A stretch of DNA of 64,000 nucleotides from positions 12,669 to 76,668 of the forward strand of contig JAUNSM010000001.1 of the NCBI GenBank assembly GCA_030539215.1, read 5' to 3'. A program made the translations under genes and the position numbers. The notes under the pieces were generated by a model. That model saw only the letters and a program-made list of their open reading frames with translations, searched no databases and was not told the DNA's origin. Source of the DNA: Clostridia bacterium (GTDB taxonomy: Bacteria; Bacillota; Clostridia; TANB77; CAG-508). This document shows positions 22,370 to 32,694 of the stretch, piece after piece; within the stretch, counting starts at the first letter, position 1, and the number at the start of each line of letters is the position of its first letter.

Positions 22370-23284
22370 TCACTCCTGAAATTCTTCTTCACTAATATCC
22401 ATTTCGTGTGTATCTTCTATTTCTTGACTTATGTATGATAATAAACTCTCTATTGAATTTTTATAACCTGATGAAAGTAAAATACTTTCGACTTTTTCTA
22501 TTAATGTTTCATCTATTTTTGAGGTTTTATTTTCTTCTAATAATTCTAAAATATCAAAAGGTGAAAGGCATTTAATATTTAAATTATTAAGTGTATCACT
22601 TATTTTCATTATTATTTCATTTAATTCATTTTCAATTTCTGATTTCTCACAAGCATCAAAATAGAAATATTCATCATTTTCTTCAATATAGTTTTCAAAA
22701 TGATCTAGTATTATTTTTTTTTTCATTTCTTCTGACAACAAATCTACTATATCATCTTTATTAAATTCTTCTTCGCACATGAATTCAAAGGCTTCTTGTG
22801 CATTACTAAAATTTTCTATTCCGTAATTTTTTAATGTTTCTTTCCCTAATTTAGAGAATAAAGTATGTTCTTTCATTTTAGTTCGATTGTTAAATTCTTT
22901 ACTTGCTTCGTATAGATTATCAAAATATGAGCCAGAAACCCATTCAAAATGAGTTTTTGTTTTACTTACTTGAATATTATTTGCTATAACATATGGACAT
23001 TGGGAACAATTTATTTTTTTTAGTAAAGTCATATTCTTATCGCCTTCTAATAAAATTGCATTTCCATATTTGAGATAAAAAAACGCGTCTTTTTTTATTT
23101 CATCAATGGTTACAACATCCTTAAATTCACGGATTTCTGCTCCTTTAAAATTTTCATCAGTTAATTCAATTTCGTTGTTATCATATTTTTCCTGTGCTTT
23201 TTCCAAAGCTTCTTCCATACTGTTTGCATAAATTTTTATAACATCTTGATAAATTTCTTCAATTTCGACTGGATAATGTTTCAT
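22370..23284 (-). CDS. Hypothetical protein with a DpnD/PcfM-like N-terminal domain
   Basis: MKHYPVEIEEIYQDVIKIYANSMEEALEKAQEKYDNNEIELTDENFKGAEIREF fits the DpnD/PcfM pattern. The remainder is unknown. Confidence 0.6.
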   Translation of the reverse strand: MKHYPVEIEEIYQDVIKIYANSMEEALEKAQEKYDNNEIELTDENFKGAEIREFKDVVTIDEIKKDAFFYLKYGNAILLEGDKNMTLLKKINCSQCPYVIANNIQVSKTKTHFEWVSGSYFDNLYEASKEFNNRTKMKEHTLFSKLGKETLKNYGIENFSNAQEAFEFMCEEEFNKDDIVDLLSEEMKKKIILDHFENYIEENDEYFYFDACEKSEIENELNEIIMKISDTLNNLNIKCLSPFDILELLEENKTSKIDETLIEKVESILLSSGYKNSIESLLSYISQEIEDTHEMDISEEEFQE

Positions 23285-23556
23285 ATTTCTTGTTCCTCCT
23301 CTTCCTGTTTATCAGCTTCCTTATAAATATCTTTTATTTCTTGTAAATCATCTGTTGTAATAATACTTACTTCCTCAGGAGTTAATCCATATCCTCTTAA
23401 TGTCAGTACAGCTTCTGTATAATTAGATATTTCAAATAAAGAATCTAATAACATATCGTATATTTCTAATTTTCTAACAATTGGCAAATCCTTATTTTCT
23501 TTTTTAGAATTTTCAACTTCAACTTTATTTTCAATAATATTTTTTTTATTTTCCAT
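23281..23556 (-). CDS. Hypothetical small acidic protein
   Basis: 91 aa. ATGA overlap with the downstream gene. Ends EEEEQEI. Confidence 0.55.
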   Translation of the reverse strand: MENKKNIIENKVEVENSKKENKDLPIVRKLEIYDMLLDSLFEISNYTEAVLTLRGYGLTPEEVSIITTDDLQEIKDIYKEADKQEEEEQEI

Positions 23557-23904
23557 TTAATTCAATTCCTCATTTCCCTCTATTTCTTCTTCCTCCATGT
23601 TTTTTTCATTTTCTATAGCTTTCACATATATTTCTGGGTATTTTTGTATAAACTTATAGAATTCTCTTGATCCAGAAATATTTTGAATCCCATTTTTTTC
23701 TATTAATTCTTCATATTTACTTAATTTTATTTTTGTAGGGTGAAATGGTAAAAATCCTAACCTTTTTTCGTATATTATTGTTGCAGTATCAATATTGAAA
23801 TTCATATATTCTGAATAAACATCTCTTAATCCTTCTTTGACAATTCGAACAGGAATTATTTGATATATTCCTTTTACTAATTCGATTGGATTATTATTTC
23901 TCAT
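23557..23904 (-). CDS. Hypothetical protein
   Basis: 115 aa. Abuts both neighbours with no gap. Confidence 0.6.
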   Translation of the reverse strand: MRNNNPIELVKGIYQIIPVRIVKEGLRDVYSEYMNFNIDTATIIYEKRLGFLPFHPTKIKLSKYEELIEKNGIQNISGSREFYKFIQKYPEIYVKAIENEKNMEEEEIEGNEELN

Positions 23905-24615
23905 CTAATGTTCCTCCTGATTTTCTTCTGAAATTTCTTTTAGAAAATCTGTTATAGTTTGTCCTAAATATTTTTCTGTTTCTTTAACAAATATTTTAGT
24001 TTCTTTTGGATTTAATATATATTTTTTATTTATTCTTGTATCATCATCTTTTATTTGTACAATTGTCATGGTTGTTTCTTTTGTTTTTATATGATAGCTT
24101 ACATATATATCATAGTAGAATGGCGTATCTATATTTTCATCAAATTCTAATTTATTTGTATTTACACAATTTGAAGACAGATAAGCTTCAATGGTATTGG
24201 TTTCTTCATCATAAAGTATTTCTTCATTATCAAAATCAATATCATTTTCTAAAAAAATGGATTCTTCAATGCATGGTCTTAAAAGTTTTCTTAGATATTC
24301 GGCCATTTCTCCTTGATTTTTGAATGCTTTTCTTTCATGAGACTCACTATATTCCCTCGTGTTACAATCTAAATCTAATCTTGCTGTTTCGATTCCTAAC
24401 TTTCCAAAATCATGAGTGATCCAAATTCTTTTATTTAAAATTTCACTTTCAACAACTATCCATAAAGGTCTATGTAAATCAATATAATCAGGATTTTTTT
24501 TATGCCAATTAGAAAAATCTGATACTTCTTCTAAATCTGCTGTAAATAGTAATCTATATATTTCCTTATATTTTTTATGGTAAAAGGTACTTTGCAAATT
24601 TATAGTTCTTCTCAT
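23905..24615 (-). CDS. Hypothetical protein
   Basis: 236 aa. Overlaps the upstream gene by 4 nt. Confidence 0.6.
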   Translation of the reverse strand: MRRTINLQSTFYHKKYKEIYRLLFTADLEEVSDFSNWHKKNPDYIDLHRPLWIVVESEILNKRIWITHDFGKLGIETARLDLDCNTREYSESHERKAFKNQGEMAEYLRKLLRPCIEESIFLENDIDFDNEEILYDEETNTIEAYLSSNCVNTNKLEFDENIDTPFYYDIYVSYHIKTKETTMTIVQIKDDDTRINKKYILNPKETKIFVKETEKYLGQTITDFLKEISEENQEEH

Positions 24616-25817
24616 ACTACTTCCTCCTCTTCTAATTCATTTTCCTTTTCTGGAAATTCATTTAAAATTGAAATCAATTCATTATCATTTAGACTAATTG
24701 CAATTTTTTTAGCATCTTTCAATGATTTTGTTTCTTTTAATTCTTGTATAAGATAACTCTTTTTTATTATTTCTTCTATATCTTGTGTATACCATGATGG
24801 ATAATTATTGTTATATTTTTCTGCTTCTTTTATAGCTGATAATGCAACAAAAAGCACATTTGGCATATATCCGTTTAATTCTGTTGGAATGCGTGTTATT
24901 TTGCTGTAAGAGTTATAATAATTGTTTTCATTTTCTTTTTCCATCTTGTCTATTTTTTGTTCAAATCTATCATCTAAAGAAATAGCAATTTGTTTATCAA
25001 TGTTTAGAAAATTAGATCCATTAATTTCTAGTATTTTGTTACTATACATAATTCCTTTTAAATCTTCAATTTTTAAATCTTCTACTCTTTTAGTTGGATT
25101 TTCATTTAAAAAGTTTTCTTTAGTTTTATCATAAAAGTTTAATTCAAAGAATAAACCTCTTTCATATAAAAATTCAGTTATCTTTGCAGTACATTTAAAA
25201 TTGTTTATATTATTAAACATTAATTTAATGCTCTGTTTTTCCTTTAAGAAATCTTCAATTTTTATTAGCTCAGTTATAAATTTAGGAGCTATATCATTTT
25301 CAATTTCTTTTAATATTAATTTTTTGCTTATTAATTCATCAAATTTTCTTTCGTTAAATAATGTTTCTAAATTTTCTACTTTTTGAGTATATGGATTATA
25401 TTGAAACGCCCCATAATTTATTTTGTTTGTATCGAAATTTATTTCTAAATAATCTTCATGCAAAAAACTAAAATTATTGTCTTTTAATTCTTTGATCTTA
25501 TCAAATGTCATTTTCTTATAGAGTTTATATTTTGAATAATTATTTAAATAATATAACTCATCTACTTTATTATCTATGTACTTATTAATTTGACTTTTCA
25601 TATCTTTATTTAGATTCACAACTTTATATCTTCTTAAAAGTTCTTTTTCAAAGTCAAATGAGTCTATTTTTTCAAAATTATCATAATTAGTTACAAATAA
25701 TGTATCTGATATTCCATCCAAATAGAAATACTTCATATAGTCCTGTAAATCTGTATATGAATCAACTATGTTATCTTTATTGCTTATAAAATTAAATTTT
25801 TCTATTTTTATTTTCAT
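24612..25817 (-). CDS. Hypothetical protein
   Basis: 401 aa. Ends LEEEEVV. Confidence 0.65.
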   Translation of the reverse strand: MKIKIEKFNFISNKDNIVDSYTDLQDYMKYFYLDGISDTLFVTNYDNFEKIDSFDFEKELLRRYKVVNLNKDMKSQINKYIDNKVDELYYLNNYSKYKLYKKMTFDKIKELKDNNFSFLHEDYLEINFDTNKINYGAFQYNPYTQKVENLETLFNERKFDELISKKLILKEIENDIAPKFITELIKIEDFLKEKQSIKLMFNNINNFKCTAKITEFLYERGLFFELNFYDKTKENFLNENPTKRVEDLKIEDLKGIMYSNKILEINGSNFLNIDKQIAISLDDRFEQKIDKMEKENENNYYNSYSKITRIPTELNGYMPNVLFVALSAIKEAEKYNNNYPSWYTQDIEEIIKKSYLIQELKETKSLKDAKKIAISLNDNELISILNEFPEKENELEEEEVV

Positions 25818-25830
25818 ATATGTTACCTCT

Positions 25831-26490
25831 TTATAAATTCATAGTATTTATATTGTCTTTTTCATATTCTTTTGCTATTTCTATTAATTTGTTTTCAATT
25901 TCTCCATAATGTGCATTAATAAAATTTTTATCATCTTCACCAAAGCATTCTATTGAAACTATCTGCATTGGTAGTCCGTTAATTTCATCTTTTATTCTAA
26001 ATAAGCCACCTAATTCATATGGACCCTTTGATAAAGTAAAATTAATATAATTATTGCTTTCTAATGAAACATTGTTAATTTTTATATTGTACCAATTATC
26101 TTTATATGCATCATATATACCAGCTATTTCTTGCCAATCTTCTGGATCAATAAGTGATGACAATTTTAATGAGCAATTGAAATTGATTAATAATATCTTA
26201 TTTAAATCTCCAACCATTTTAATTATCTTTTCTGAGGTTAAGTCTTTTCTTGTCTGGCAAAACCATAAGTTTAATTGGTCTGTGTTCCCAATTATTACTA
26301 AATCATTTTTAGCCAAATCAAACTTAATCCAATCATGATAGTGTTTATCTGTATCTTTCGCTTGGATAGATATATTTTCTTCTGAGTATTTTCGAAATTT
26401 AAATGAATAATCTTTACAAAACTCTTTGAGATTATTGATTATTTCTTTTTCTCTTTTTCTTTTTTCAAAATTTTCTCTCATTTTTTTCAC
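25831..26490 (-). CDS. Hypothetical protein
   Basis: 219 aa. No family recognised. Confidence 0.6.
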   Translation of the reverse strand: MKKMRENFEKRKREKEIINNLKEFCKDYSFKFRKYSEENISIQAKDTDKHYHDWIKFDLAKNDLVIIGNTDQLNLWFCQTRKDLTSEKIIKMVGDLNKILLINFNCSLKLSSLIDPEDWQEIAGIYDAYKDNWYNIKINNVSLESNNYINFTLSKGPYELGGLFRIKDEINGLPMQIVSIECFGEDDKNFINAHYGEIENKLIEIAKEYEKDNINTMNL

Positions 26491-26511
26491 CTATATTTTT
26501 AATATTCTAAT

Positions 26512-27105
26512 CTATCGTTCTACTAGTTCTGCATCTTTTTCATTATTTATAAAATATTCATTTGAAAAATCACATAGATACTCAAATAAATATTGGTCTC
26601 CATTTATTAAACTACTTGTATATTGCCAATCTACAGCTTCGAAAATATCTTCAACCATTTCTTCAATGCACTTTTCTGGTAATTTGTCAAAGTCAATATT
26701 AAATTGGTTTAGATATTGACATACTTCTTCATAAATTCCATCATAACTTATTCCTGCTTCACTTATTATTTTGTCATCATATTCTGATACATAACATTTA
26801 CCTTTTCTCTTATAAAAGTTTTCATAATTTTTATAAATATATCCTTGCCTAAAATACTCCTTTTCTATTGTTCCATCATTGTTTACTTTTCCAATTTCAG
26901 AACACATAACATTTTCTATATATTTTTTCGTTTCTTCAATATTGCTGTTTTTATTAACATATAATGTTTTAACTCTTATATAATCATTGTTTTTTTTAAT
27001 ATAAATATCTATTTGATTAAAATTCTTTTCTACTTCTTCTGACATAACATAATGTTGCATTTCTTTATTTATAAATTCGCAGTAAAAATCTCTTACTTTA
27101 AACAT
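26512..27105 (-). CDS. Hypothetical protein
   Basis: Probable start is MFKVRDF at 27105, overlapping the upstream stop codon. The track ORF extends to 27147. Confidence 0.55.
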   Translation of the reverse strand: MFKVRDFYCEFINKEMQHYVMSEEVEKNFNQIDIYIKKNNDYIRVKTLYVNKNSNIEETKKYIENVMCSEIGKVNNDGTIEKEYFRQGYIYKNYENFYKRKGKCYVSEYDDKIISEAGISYDGIYEEVCQYLNQFNIDFDKLPEKCIEEMVEDIFEAVDWQYTSSLINGDQYLFEYLCDFSNEYFINNEKDAELVER

Positions 27106-28018
27106 TTTCCTCTTCATATTCTTCTTCCTTTTCTTGATTTGCTTCATAATTTATATAGTATGTATCTTCAAATAATGCTTTCATTTCTATATTACTCAAT
27201 TTTAAGAAATCCCAAGTTTGAATTTCTTTAACTGCATTTCCATAGCCATCTGTAATGTTTATTCTGCATTTTCCATTATCAATATTTTTTACTGTTATTT
27301 CTAATAAATTGTCATTATTTATTAATGCAGGAGATTCTGAATATAGAATATGTCCTGATTTAAAGTACCCATTACATTCATACTCCTCAAATTCTAAATA
27401 GTATTTATCCAAATTGTAAAAATCAAAAATATCATTTTTTATTTTTTCATATTCGTCACAGCATTCATCTATTCCCTCTGATATATATTTATTATTTAAT
27501 TCTATAAATTTATTTAATTTTTCATTATCTTTATACCCATTGTCTAATAAATATACTATTGCAGAACATTCACCTATCGTTCTATCTATTCTTACATATT
27601 CTCTTAAATCTCTTTCATCAATTAAGACATTTTGTTTTAACAAATCTAACAGCTTCGTTGGTTCTATATTTTGTAAATGCTCTTGTAGCTTAATCGGTTT
27701 TCCATTTTGTATAAAGTATATTTCATCTAATTTTACTAAACCCATTGGTACATCTATTTTTTCCATTGGTATAATTTCTTGCCTAATTTTATTGTTTAAA
27801 AATGATTTGTATTGTTTTTGTGCTAACTCATTTCCTATTTTAAAATCATCTAATGTTTCAATATTTTTAAATGCTATTTCAAGGATATTATTAAAATTTA
27901 ACTTGCAACTATCTATTGATTTAAATAATTTAAATTCGTTTTTATCTCCATTAAACTCTGGTGTACAATATAGCTGTTTAGTTTCTTTGTCATAAAACAA
28001 CACTTTTCTCCTAGTCAT
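27098..28018 (-). CDS. Hypothetical protein
   Basis: Probable start is MTRRKVLFY at 28018, overlapping the upstream stop codon. Ends EEEYEEENV. Confidence 0.6.
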   Translation of the reverse strand: MTRRKVLFYDKETKQLYCTPEFNGDKNEFKLFKSIDSCKLNFNNILEIAFKNIETLDDFKIGNELAQKQYKSFLNNKIRQEIIPMEKIDVPMGLVKLDEIYFIQNGKPIKLQEHLQNIEPTKLLDLLKQNVLIDERDLREYVRIDRTIGECSAIVYLLDNGYKDNEKLNKFIELNNKYISEGIDECCDEYEKIKNDIFDFYNLDKYYLEFEEYECNGYFKSGHILYSESPALINNDNLLEITVKNIDNGKCRINITDGYGNAVKEIQTWDFLKLSNIEMKALFEDTYYINYEANQEKEEEYEEENV

Positions 28019-28604
28019 ATTCCTCTTCTTCCTCCTCATCTTCTTCAATTTTACTATTTAAATGCTTTTCAAAGTTATTTTCTAATTCACTTAAATTATA
28101 TTTTTCCCAAACATAACTTATAATGTCCTCATACATATTATTTGAATAAGTGTTTACTTCCCCAATAATGTTCTCGTATTCTTCTCTCCAGTCTAAAAGG
28201 ATTTTGACTATTTTATCATTAGTAATTTCATATAGTTTTTCTAATGCTTTTTGATCGTTTTCTCTCATAAATAATTTAATTACTTCTAATAACTGTGTTT
28301 GTATGTTTTTTTCTCCTTCTGTGTGTTTATCTATTAATAAATTTAGTTCCATATTGTTTAAATCTAAAACTAATAAATCAAATACTTCATAATGTTTTAT
28401 TAGTTTATCCCCAAAATACAATTCTCCTGACAGAGAGTAGCCTTTGGGCTGTTCCTCTATATGATATTTCACACTTATTTGTTCCTTTGTATTGTAATAA
28501 TTATTAAATTCCTTTATTATTTCTGGTATTTCATTTTTTAATTCTTCTTCAATACTCGGAATATCATCCTTACTAAATGTTAATGGTTTATTCTTATAAA
28601 TCAT
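28011..28604 (-). CDS. Hypothetical D/E-rich protein
   Basis: 197 aa. Ends EEDEEEEEEYD. Confidence 0.6.
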   Translation of the reverse strand: MIYKNKPLTFSKDDIPSIEEELKNEIPEIIKEFNNYYNTKEQISVKYHIEEQPKGYSLSGELYFGDKLIKHYEVFDLLVLDLNNMELNLLIDKHTEGEKNIQTQLLEVIKLFMRENDQKALEKLYEITNDKIVKILLDWREEYENIIGEVNTYSNNMYEDIISYVWEKYNLSELENNFEKHLNSKIEEDEEEEEEYD

Positions 28605-28615
28605 TATTATATCTC

Positions 28616-29671
28616 CTATCTTTCGACTTCTAATTGCAGATTATTTTGAACATATTTTATTGTTTCCTCGATGTCTTCGTTAATAAGACTTGGTGATTCA
28701 TTCGTATAATTTAAAATATCTTCTTTCCAACAACTTTTTATCAAACCATATACTTCATCAACACTATAGCCATTATTTTTTGCACCTTCAATTTGAAATT
28801 CTCTTATAAATTCTTTAGGTATAATTAAATCTTTATCCAAGATAATTTCTAACAAACCTCCACAGCCACTCCACTCATTAAAGATTCCTATCATTACTGT
28901 TTTATCAAATTTTAAATATTTATTGTTTTCTATATTATCTTTATATTCTAAAAAATTTAGAGCTTCCATTCCATTCATTTTTACAAGTAACGTAATTTCA
29001 CTCATTGAATCAGATGAATTATTTGCAATATCTTCTACAACTGTTTTAATAAAACTGTTTTTTACATCTTTACTTTGTTCATTGAAATTGTTTAATATAT
29101 CAAAATATTCTTTCACATAATGTCCTTGTTGATGTATTATATAGGTTAAGGCATTATCAAAATCATCGGATATTAAGTTTTCATAATATGGTTCATGGTA
29201 TGTTCCATAAGATCTAATAATATTACTCATATCTGAATTTCTTTCTTCACTAGTTGCAAACATAATATTAATATAAAAATTAGATCTGTTTAAAAGTTCT
29301 TCAATATAACAGTCTATTCCTTGATAACCATTTTCTATTAGATCTTCACGTAAATCACATGTTTCTTCATACCACTCTTTGAATTTTTCAGTAAAAAATT
29401 TTTCTTTTTGAATCTCTGTTTCTATATTTTTATACAAGTATGAATCATAATCTAAATTATAATTAATCAACTCATTTTCTAAATAATCTTTTATGCAATC
29501 GAATCCTTCTTTCTTATAATTCTTATATGCATTCAACAAAGTTTGTGGGTCTAAACTATCTCTATAATCCCAATAGATTTCTAAATAACCATTATCATTA
29601 CAATATTCATTTATCTTTTCTTTTAAAAAAGTGTCATATAACTCTTTATAATTATTCATACCCAAAATCAT
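28616..29671 (-). CDS. Hypothetical protein
   Basis: 351 aa. The start is either 29671 or 29659. Confidence 0.6.
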   Translation of the reverse strand: MILGMNNYKELYDTFLKEKINEYCNDNGYLEIYWDYRDSLDPQTLLNAYKNYKKEGFDCIKDYLENELINYNLDYDSYLYKNIETEIQKEKFFTEKFKEWYEETCDLREDLIENGYQGIDCYIEELLNRSNFYINIMFATSEERNSDMSNIIRSYGTYHEPYYENLISDDFDNALTYIIHQQGHYVKEYFDILNNFNEQSKDVKNSFIKTVVEDIANNSSDSMSEITLLVKMNGMEALNFLEYKDNIENNKYLKFDKTVMIGIFNEWSGCGGLLEIILDKDLIIPKEFIREFQIEGAKNNGYSVDEVYGLIKSCWKEDILNYTNESPSLINEDIEETIKYVQNNLQLEVER

Positions 29672-29690
29672 CCCTTACATTTTTGAACAG

Positions 29691-30179
29691 CTAAGGTTCA
29701 TTTTCTTCAGCTTCATTTTCATTTAATAATATATCTTCAACTTTTTCATCATAGTTTTTACTAAAGCATCTTTCCAAAGCTATTTTTAATCCATTTTTCA
29801 AATTTTTATTTCTATTTACTTCTTCAGGTGTTATTGATAAAGCATCCAATACTGCATCTATTTCATGTGTATACCCATACTCGTGATTTATAAGCTCTTC
29901 TATAAACATGTCTTTTATGAAACCTGTTCCATCTTTATCATGATTTATTTCATTTTGTATTTCTTCTTTATGCTTTTGACATAATTGTATGTAATCTTTT
30001 AAATCCGATTTTTTGACAAATCCTCCAAAGCCTATTGATGTAATTTCTTTTGTATCTTCTGGATTAAGTCCTAATTTTTTCATACCTTCATTAAATTGTT
30101 CATCAGAAAAGGCAAACATTAATGGGAATTTATCAACTTCCTCAATATGTCTTTGTTTAAGGTTTCTATATTTATTCAT
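29691..30179 (-). CDS. Hypothetical protein (conserved-looking FAFSDEQFNEGMKKLGL N-terminus)
   Basis: 162 aa. The motif looks like a recurrent conjugative-element DUF, but I cannot name it. Confidence 0.6.
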   Translation of the reverse strand: MNKYRNLKQRHIEEVDKFPLMFAFSDEQFNEGMKKLGLNPEDTKEITSIGFGGFVKKSDLKDYIQLCQKHKEEIQNEINHDKDGTGFIKDMFIEELINHEYGYTHEIDAVLDALSITPEEVNRNKNLKNGLKIALERCFSKNYDEKVEDILLNENEAEENEP

Positions 30180-30639
30180 ATTCCTTTTCCTCTTTTCTGT
30201 TACATTGTTCTATTATTTCGTTTAATCTATTATTCATAAGATCTTTAAGTTGTTCTTTTGTGATTTTGTCAAGTTCTTCTTCGAATACTTCGTAATAAAT
30301 ACATTCGTAGTTTCCTATATCGTCAATTTCATAAGCATTAATTTCAAACCAATTATTAGAACTTATTTCTACATCTTCTTGTTTGTACAGATTAGCACTT
30401 TTAATTAAATCAATTAACTCTTTAGGATAATTATTTGCATTTTCATATAGCTGATCTTTATAAAAAATTCTTTTTTCACCAGTAACTATAATTTCAATAG
30501 CATAATTACCTTTAATTAGTTCTGCTATCATATGGTCTTCGAATAATAGGCTATCTGAGTAGTTTTCTAAATTATCAACAACAGAGAATTCTTCTAATTC
30601 TATTTTATCCATTTCTCCTACTTTCTTAGATTGCAACAA
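30172..30639 (-). CDS. Hypothetical acidic protein
   Basis: 155 aa. Overlaps both neighbours. Confidence 0.6.
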   Translation of the reverse strand: MLQSKKVGEMDKIELEEFSVVDNLENYSDSLLFEDHMIAELIKGNYAIEIIVTGEKRIFYKDQLYENANNYPKELIDLIKSANLYKQEDVEISSNNWFEINAYEIDDIGNYECIYYEVFEEELDKITKEQLKDLMNNRLNEIIEQCNRKEEKEYE

Positions 30640-31394
30640 TCCCTTTTATTAAAATTAACATTATTTTTCCAATAGTTATAATGCTCAGTTACATCTTCGC
30701 AAATTGATATTTCTTTGTTCTTTTTGATATTTGATAACATTTTTATTTTTTCTTTCAATGGTAAATGCATATAATTACTTTGTTTAACTGTATATTTTGT
30801 ATAATCTATATCGAGCCATTTTTTTATAAAAGGATTAACTCTTAAAAATTCAATTAGTATTTTATCGCATTTAATCTTATTTATTATTTTATAATCAATC
30901 CATTCTTCAATAAAAGGAGATAATCTAACTTGTACATCAAATCCAAGATTTTGTAGTTTTTCAACAGCCTTAATCCTTTGCTCTGGTAATGATGCTTTTT
31001 CATATTTTTTTGATATTTCATCTGAAGTAGATGTAATACTAATTTGTATATGTGCTAGTTTTGGATCTAATATTTTTATATATTCATCTGCTGCAATTAA
31101 ACTTGATTTAGTAACAATTAAGTAGCCAAGCTTATATTTATTTAATAATTGAATAGTTTTGTAGGTATTTTTATACTTTAATTCACATGGTTGCATACAA
31201 TCCGTCATACCACCTAATCTTAATATTGTTCCTGGTTCTATTTTTTGTAATTTTCTTTCAATTACTTTTATATTAGCAACTTTTGGTTTTTCAAAATTCC
31301 ATAATTTCCTAAAATTTAATAAAGATTTTGCATAACAATATGAACAATTATGACTACAGCCGCAACCATACGTATCTAGTCTTTTATTGTACAA
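30618..31394 (-). CDS. Radical SAM protein, spore-photoproduct-lyase/DNA-photolyase-like (COG1533-like)
   Basis: CSHNCSYC (CxxxCxxC) cluster near the N-terminus. TTG start. Overall resemblance to SplB-type radical SAM enzymes. First gene behind promoter motif copy A. Confidence 0.65.
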   Translation of the reverse strand: MYNKRLDTYGCGCSHNCSYCYAKSLLNFRKLWNFEKPKVANIKVIERKLQKIEPGTILRLGGMTDCMQPCELKYKNTYKTIQLLNKYKLGYLIVTKSSLIAADEYIKILDPKLAHIQISITSTSDEISKKYEKASLPEQRIKAVEKLQNLGFDVQVRLSPFIEEWIDYKIINKIKCDKILIEFLRVNPFIKKWLDIDYTKYTVKQSNYMHLPLKEKIKMLSNIKKNKEISICEDVTEHYNYWKNNVNFNKRDCCNLRK

Positions 31395-31478
31395 ACACTT
31401 ATTCCCTTCATTGCCTCCAACTTCTTTATAAAAACTTTTAAATTCTTCGCTTCAGCATTTTCCTTTCTATTATTATTT

Positions 31479-31550
31479 TGGTTGCGAAGATAGGTACTGC
31501 CCCTATATCACCTGGCAAAGCAAACAGGCATGTTCTTTACACTACTTCGC
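31479..31550 (-). ncRNA. tRNA-like cloverleaf in the leader of the radical SAM operon (non-canonical)
   Basis: Hand-folded on the minus strand. Stems: 6-bp acceptor (GCGAAG/CUUCGC), 4-bp D stem, 5-bp anticodon-like stem, and a 5-bp T stem (AUAGG/CCUAU) stacked on the acceptor. Loops: 10 nt on the anticodon-like stem, 7 nt on the T stem. The 3' tail is AACCA. It lacks the conserved D-loop and T-loop sequences. Confidence 0.3.
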
Positions 31551-31597
31551 GATAAAAAAGAAAGGTATACAAATCTTTTATAATTTGTATAACCTTT
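31551..31597 (-). terminator. Leader hairpin plus U-tract downstream of promoter copy A
   Basis: aaaggttatacaaat / atttgtataccttt stem with one bulge, followed by cttttttat on the minus strand. Confidence 0.6.
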
Positions 31598-31606
31598 CAT
31601 GATAAT

Positions 31607-31661
31607 ATTATATATAGTGAAATAGTATATATCAATTCCGTTTTTTTTCCGTTTTTTCTAT
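31607..31661 (-). promoter_or_regulatory. Element promoter motif copy A (29-nt motif + TTGATA-17-TATAAT)
   Basis: Minus strand: atagaaaaaacggaaaaaaaacggaaTTGATA, a 17-nt spacer, then TATAAT. The motif is identical to copy D. Confidence 0.7.
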
Positions 31662-31663
31662 GA

Positions 31664-32680
31664 TTATTGTTCTTCTTCTAAATCTTCATCAAAAAATAAT
31701 TCGCAATACTCTTTGTAAATTTCTTTATTTATATATAAATTTTTAAATTTTTCATCTAGTAGCTTATATTGTTTGTCTACATCATAATCAAATTTATATT
31801 TTTCTTTTGATATTTCTAAAAAAGCTTTTGCTTTATTATATTCCTCAATATCTTGTCCAGTTATTTGAACAAATGTATTATTTCTTTTTAAAAAGTCCTT
31901 GTCTTTGGACATTTTAACTAAATCTTCATGACATTCTACTATTTTTTTATTTTTTATAATTTCTCCTAACCTTACGATTTCATCAATTAATTTGTCATTT
32001 GGATAATCTTCTTTTAAAGAAACATATGCAGAATATTTACCACTTCCATCTGCTGCAAATTCATATTCTTGTAAAAAATATAATAAATCATTATTTCTAA
32101 TATTACTTTTCTGTTCTGATATAACATTTAAATATAACTTATATGATTGTTCTTTTGATTCATATAATTCTTTTTTAAAGTTTACGACTTCATATTCTTT
32201 TAATCCACTAATCTTCGTTATCTCTCTTTTGCTATATTTTTTAGCCTCATTTATATTAAAAGTATATCTATATGTTTTCATACCTATGTTTTTTAAATAT
32301 GCCATTGAATCTTTAAATTTAATAATATACTCTTTTTTTTCTTTTAAAATATTATTAATAATATCTTTATATTTATTATATACTGTGACATCATCACTAT
32401 TGCAAAGTTCATTATAATAGTTCTCTAATTCAATCATTTCATTGCCAAATTCTATTTTTCTCAGCTTGTGATTTCCCCATATATGAACTCCTCCCGTTAT
32501 TACATTTCCTACTAAACGAGCATATTTTTCTTCCCATGTGTTTAAATATGGATATATATCATATTTATTTTCAAAAATATAATTCCCCTCATTATCTGTG
32601 AAAGAACTATTTGCAATTTTAGCACTTATTCTGTTATTTGGTTTATCTAATTTTAAATCTTTTACTATGTCATAACTCAT
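31664..32680 (-). CDS. Hypothetical protein
   Basis: 338 aa. Ends DLEEEQ. Confidence 0.6.
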   Translation of the reverse strand: MSYDIVKDLKLDKPNNRISAKIANSSFTDNEGNYIFENKYDIYPYLNTWEEKYARLVGNVITGGVHIWGNHKLRKIEFGNEMIELENYYNELCNSDDVTVYNKYKDIINNILKEKKEYIIKFKDSMAYLKNIGMKTYRYTFNINEAKKYSKREITKISGLKEYEVVNFKKELYESKEQSYKLYLNVISEQKSNIRNNDLLYFLQEYEFAADGSGKYSAYVSLKEDYPNDKLIDEIVRLGEIIKNKKIVECHEDLVKMSKDKDFLKRNNTFVQITGQDIEEYNKAKAFLEISKEKYKFDYDVDKQYKLLDEKFKNLYINKEIYKEYCELFFDEDLEEEQ

Positions 32681-32694
32681 TTAATCACCCTCTA

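Noticed and set aside
31479-31550. A canonical tRNA gene (possible ICE target or a suppressor for CGG)
   Set aside because: The fold is cloverleaf-like but lacks the conserved D-loop GG and the T-loop TTCRA. It has a 10-nt anticodon loop without a CCG anticodon, a 6-bp acceptor stem and an extra A before CCA. It is reported only as a tRNA-like structure.
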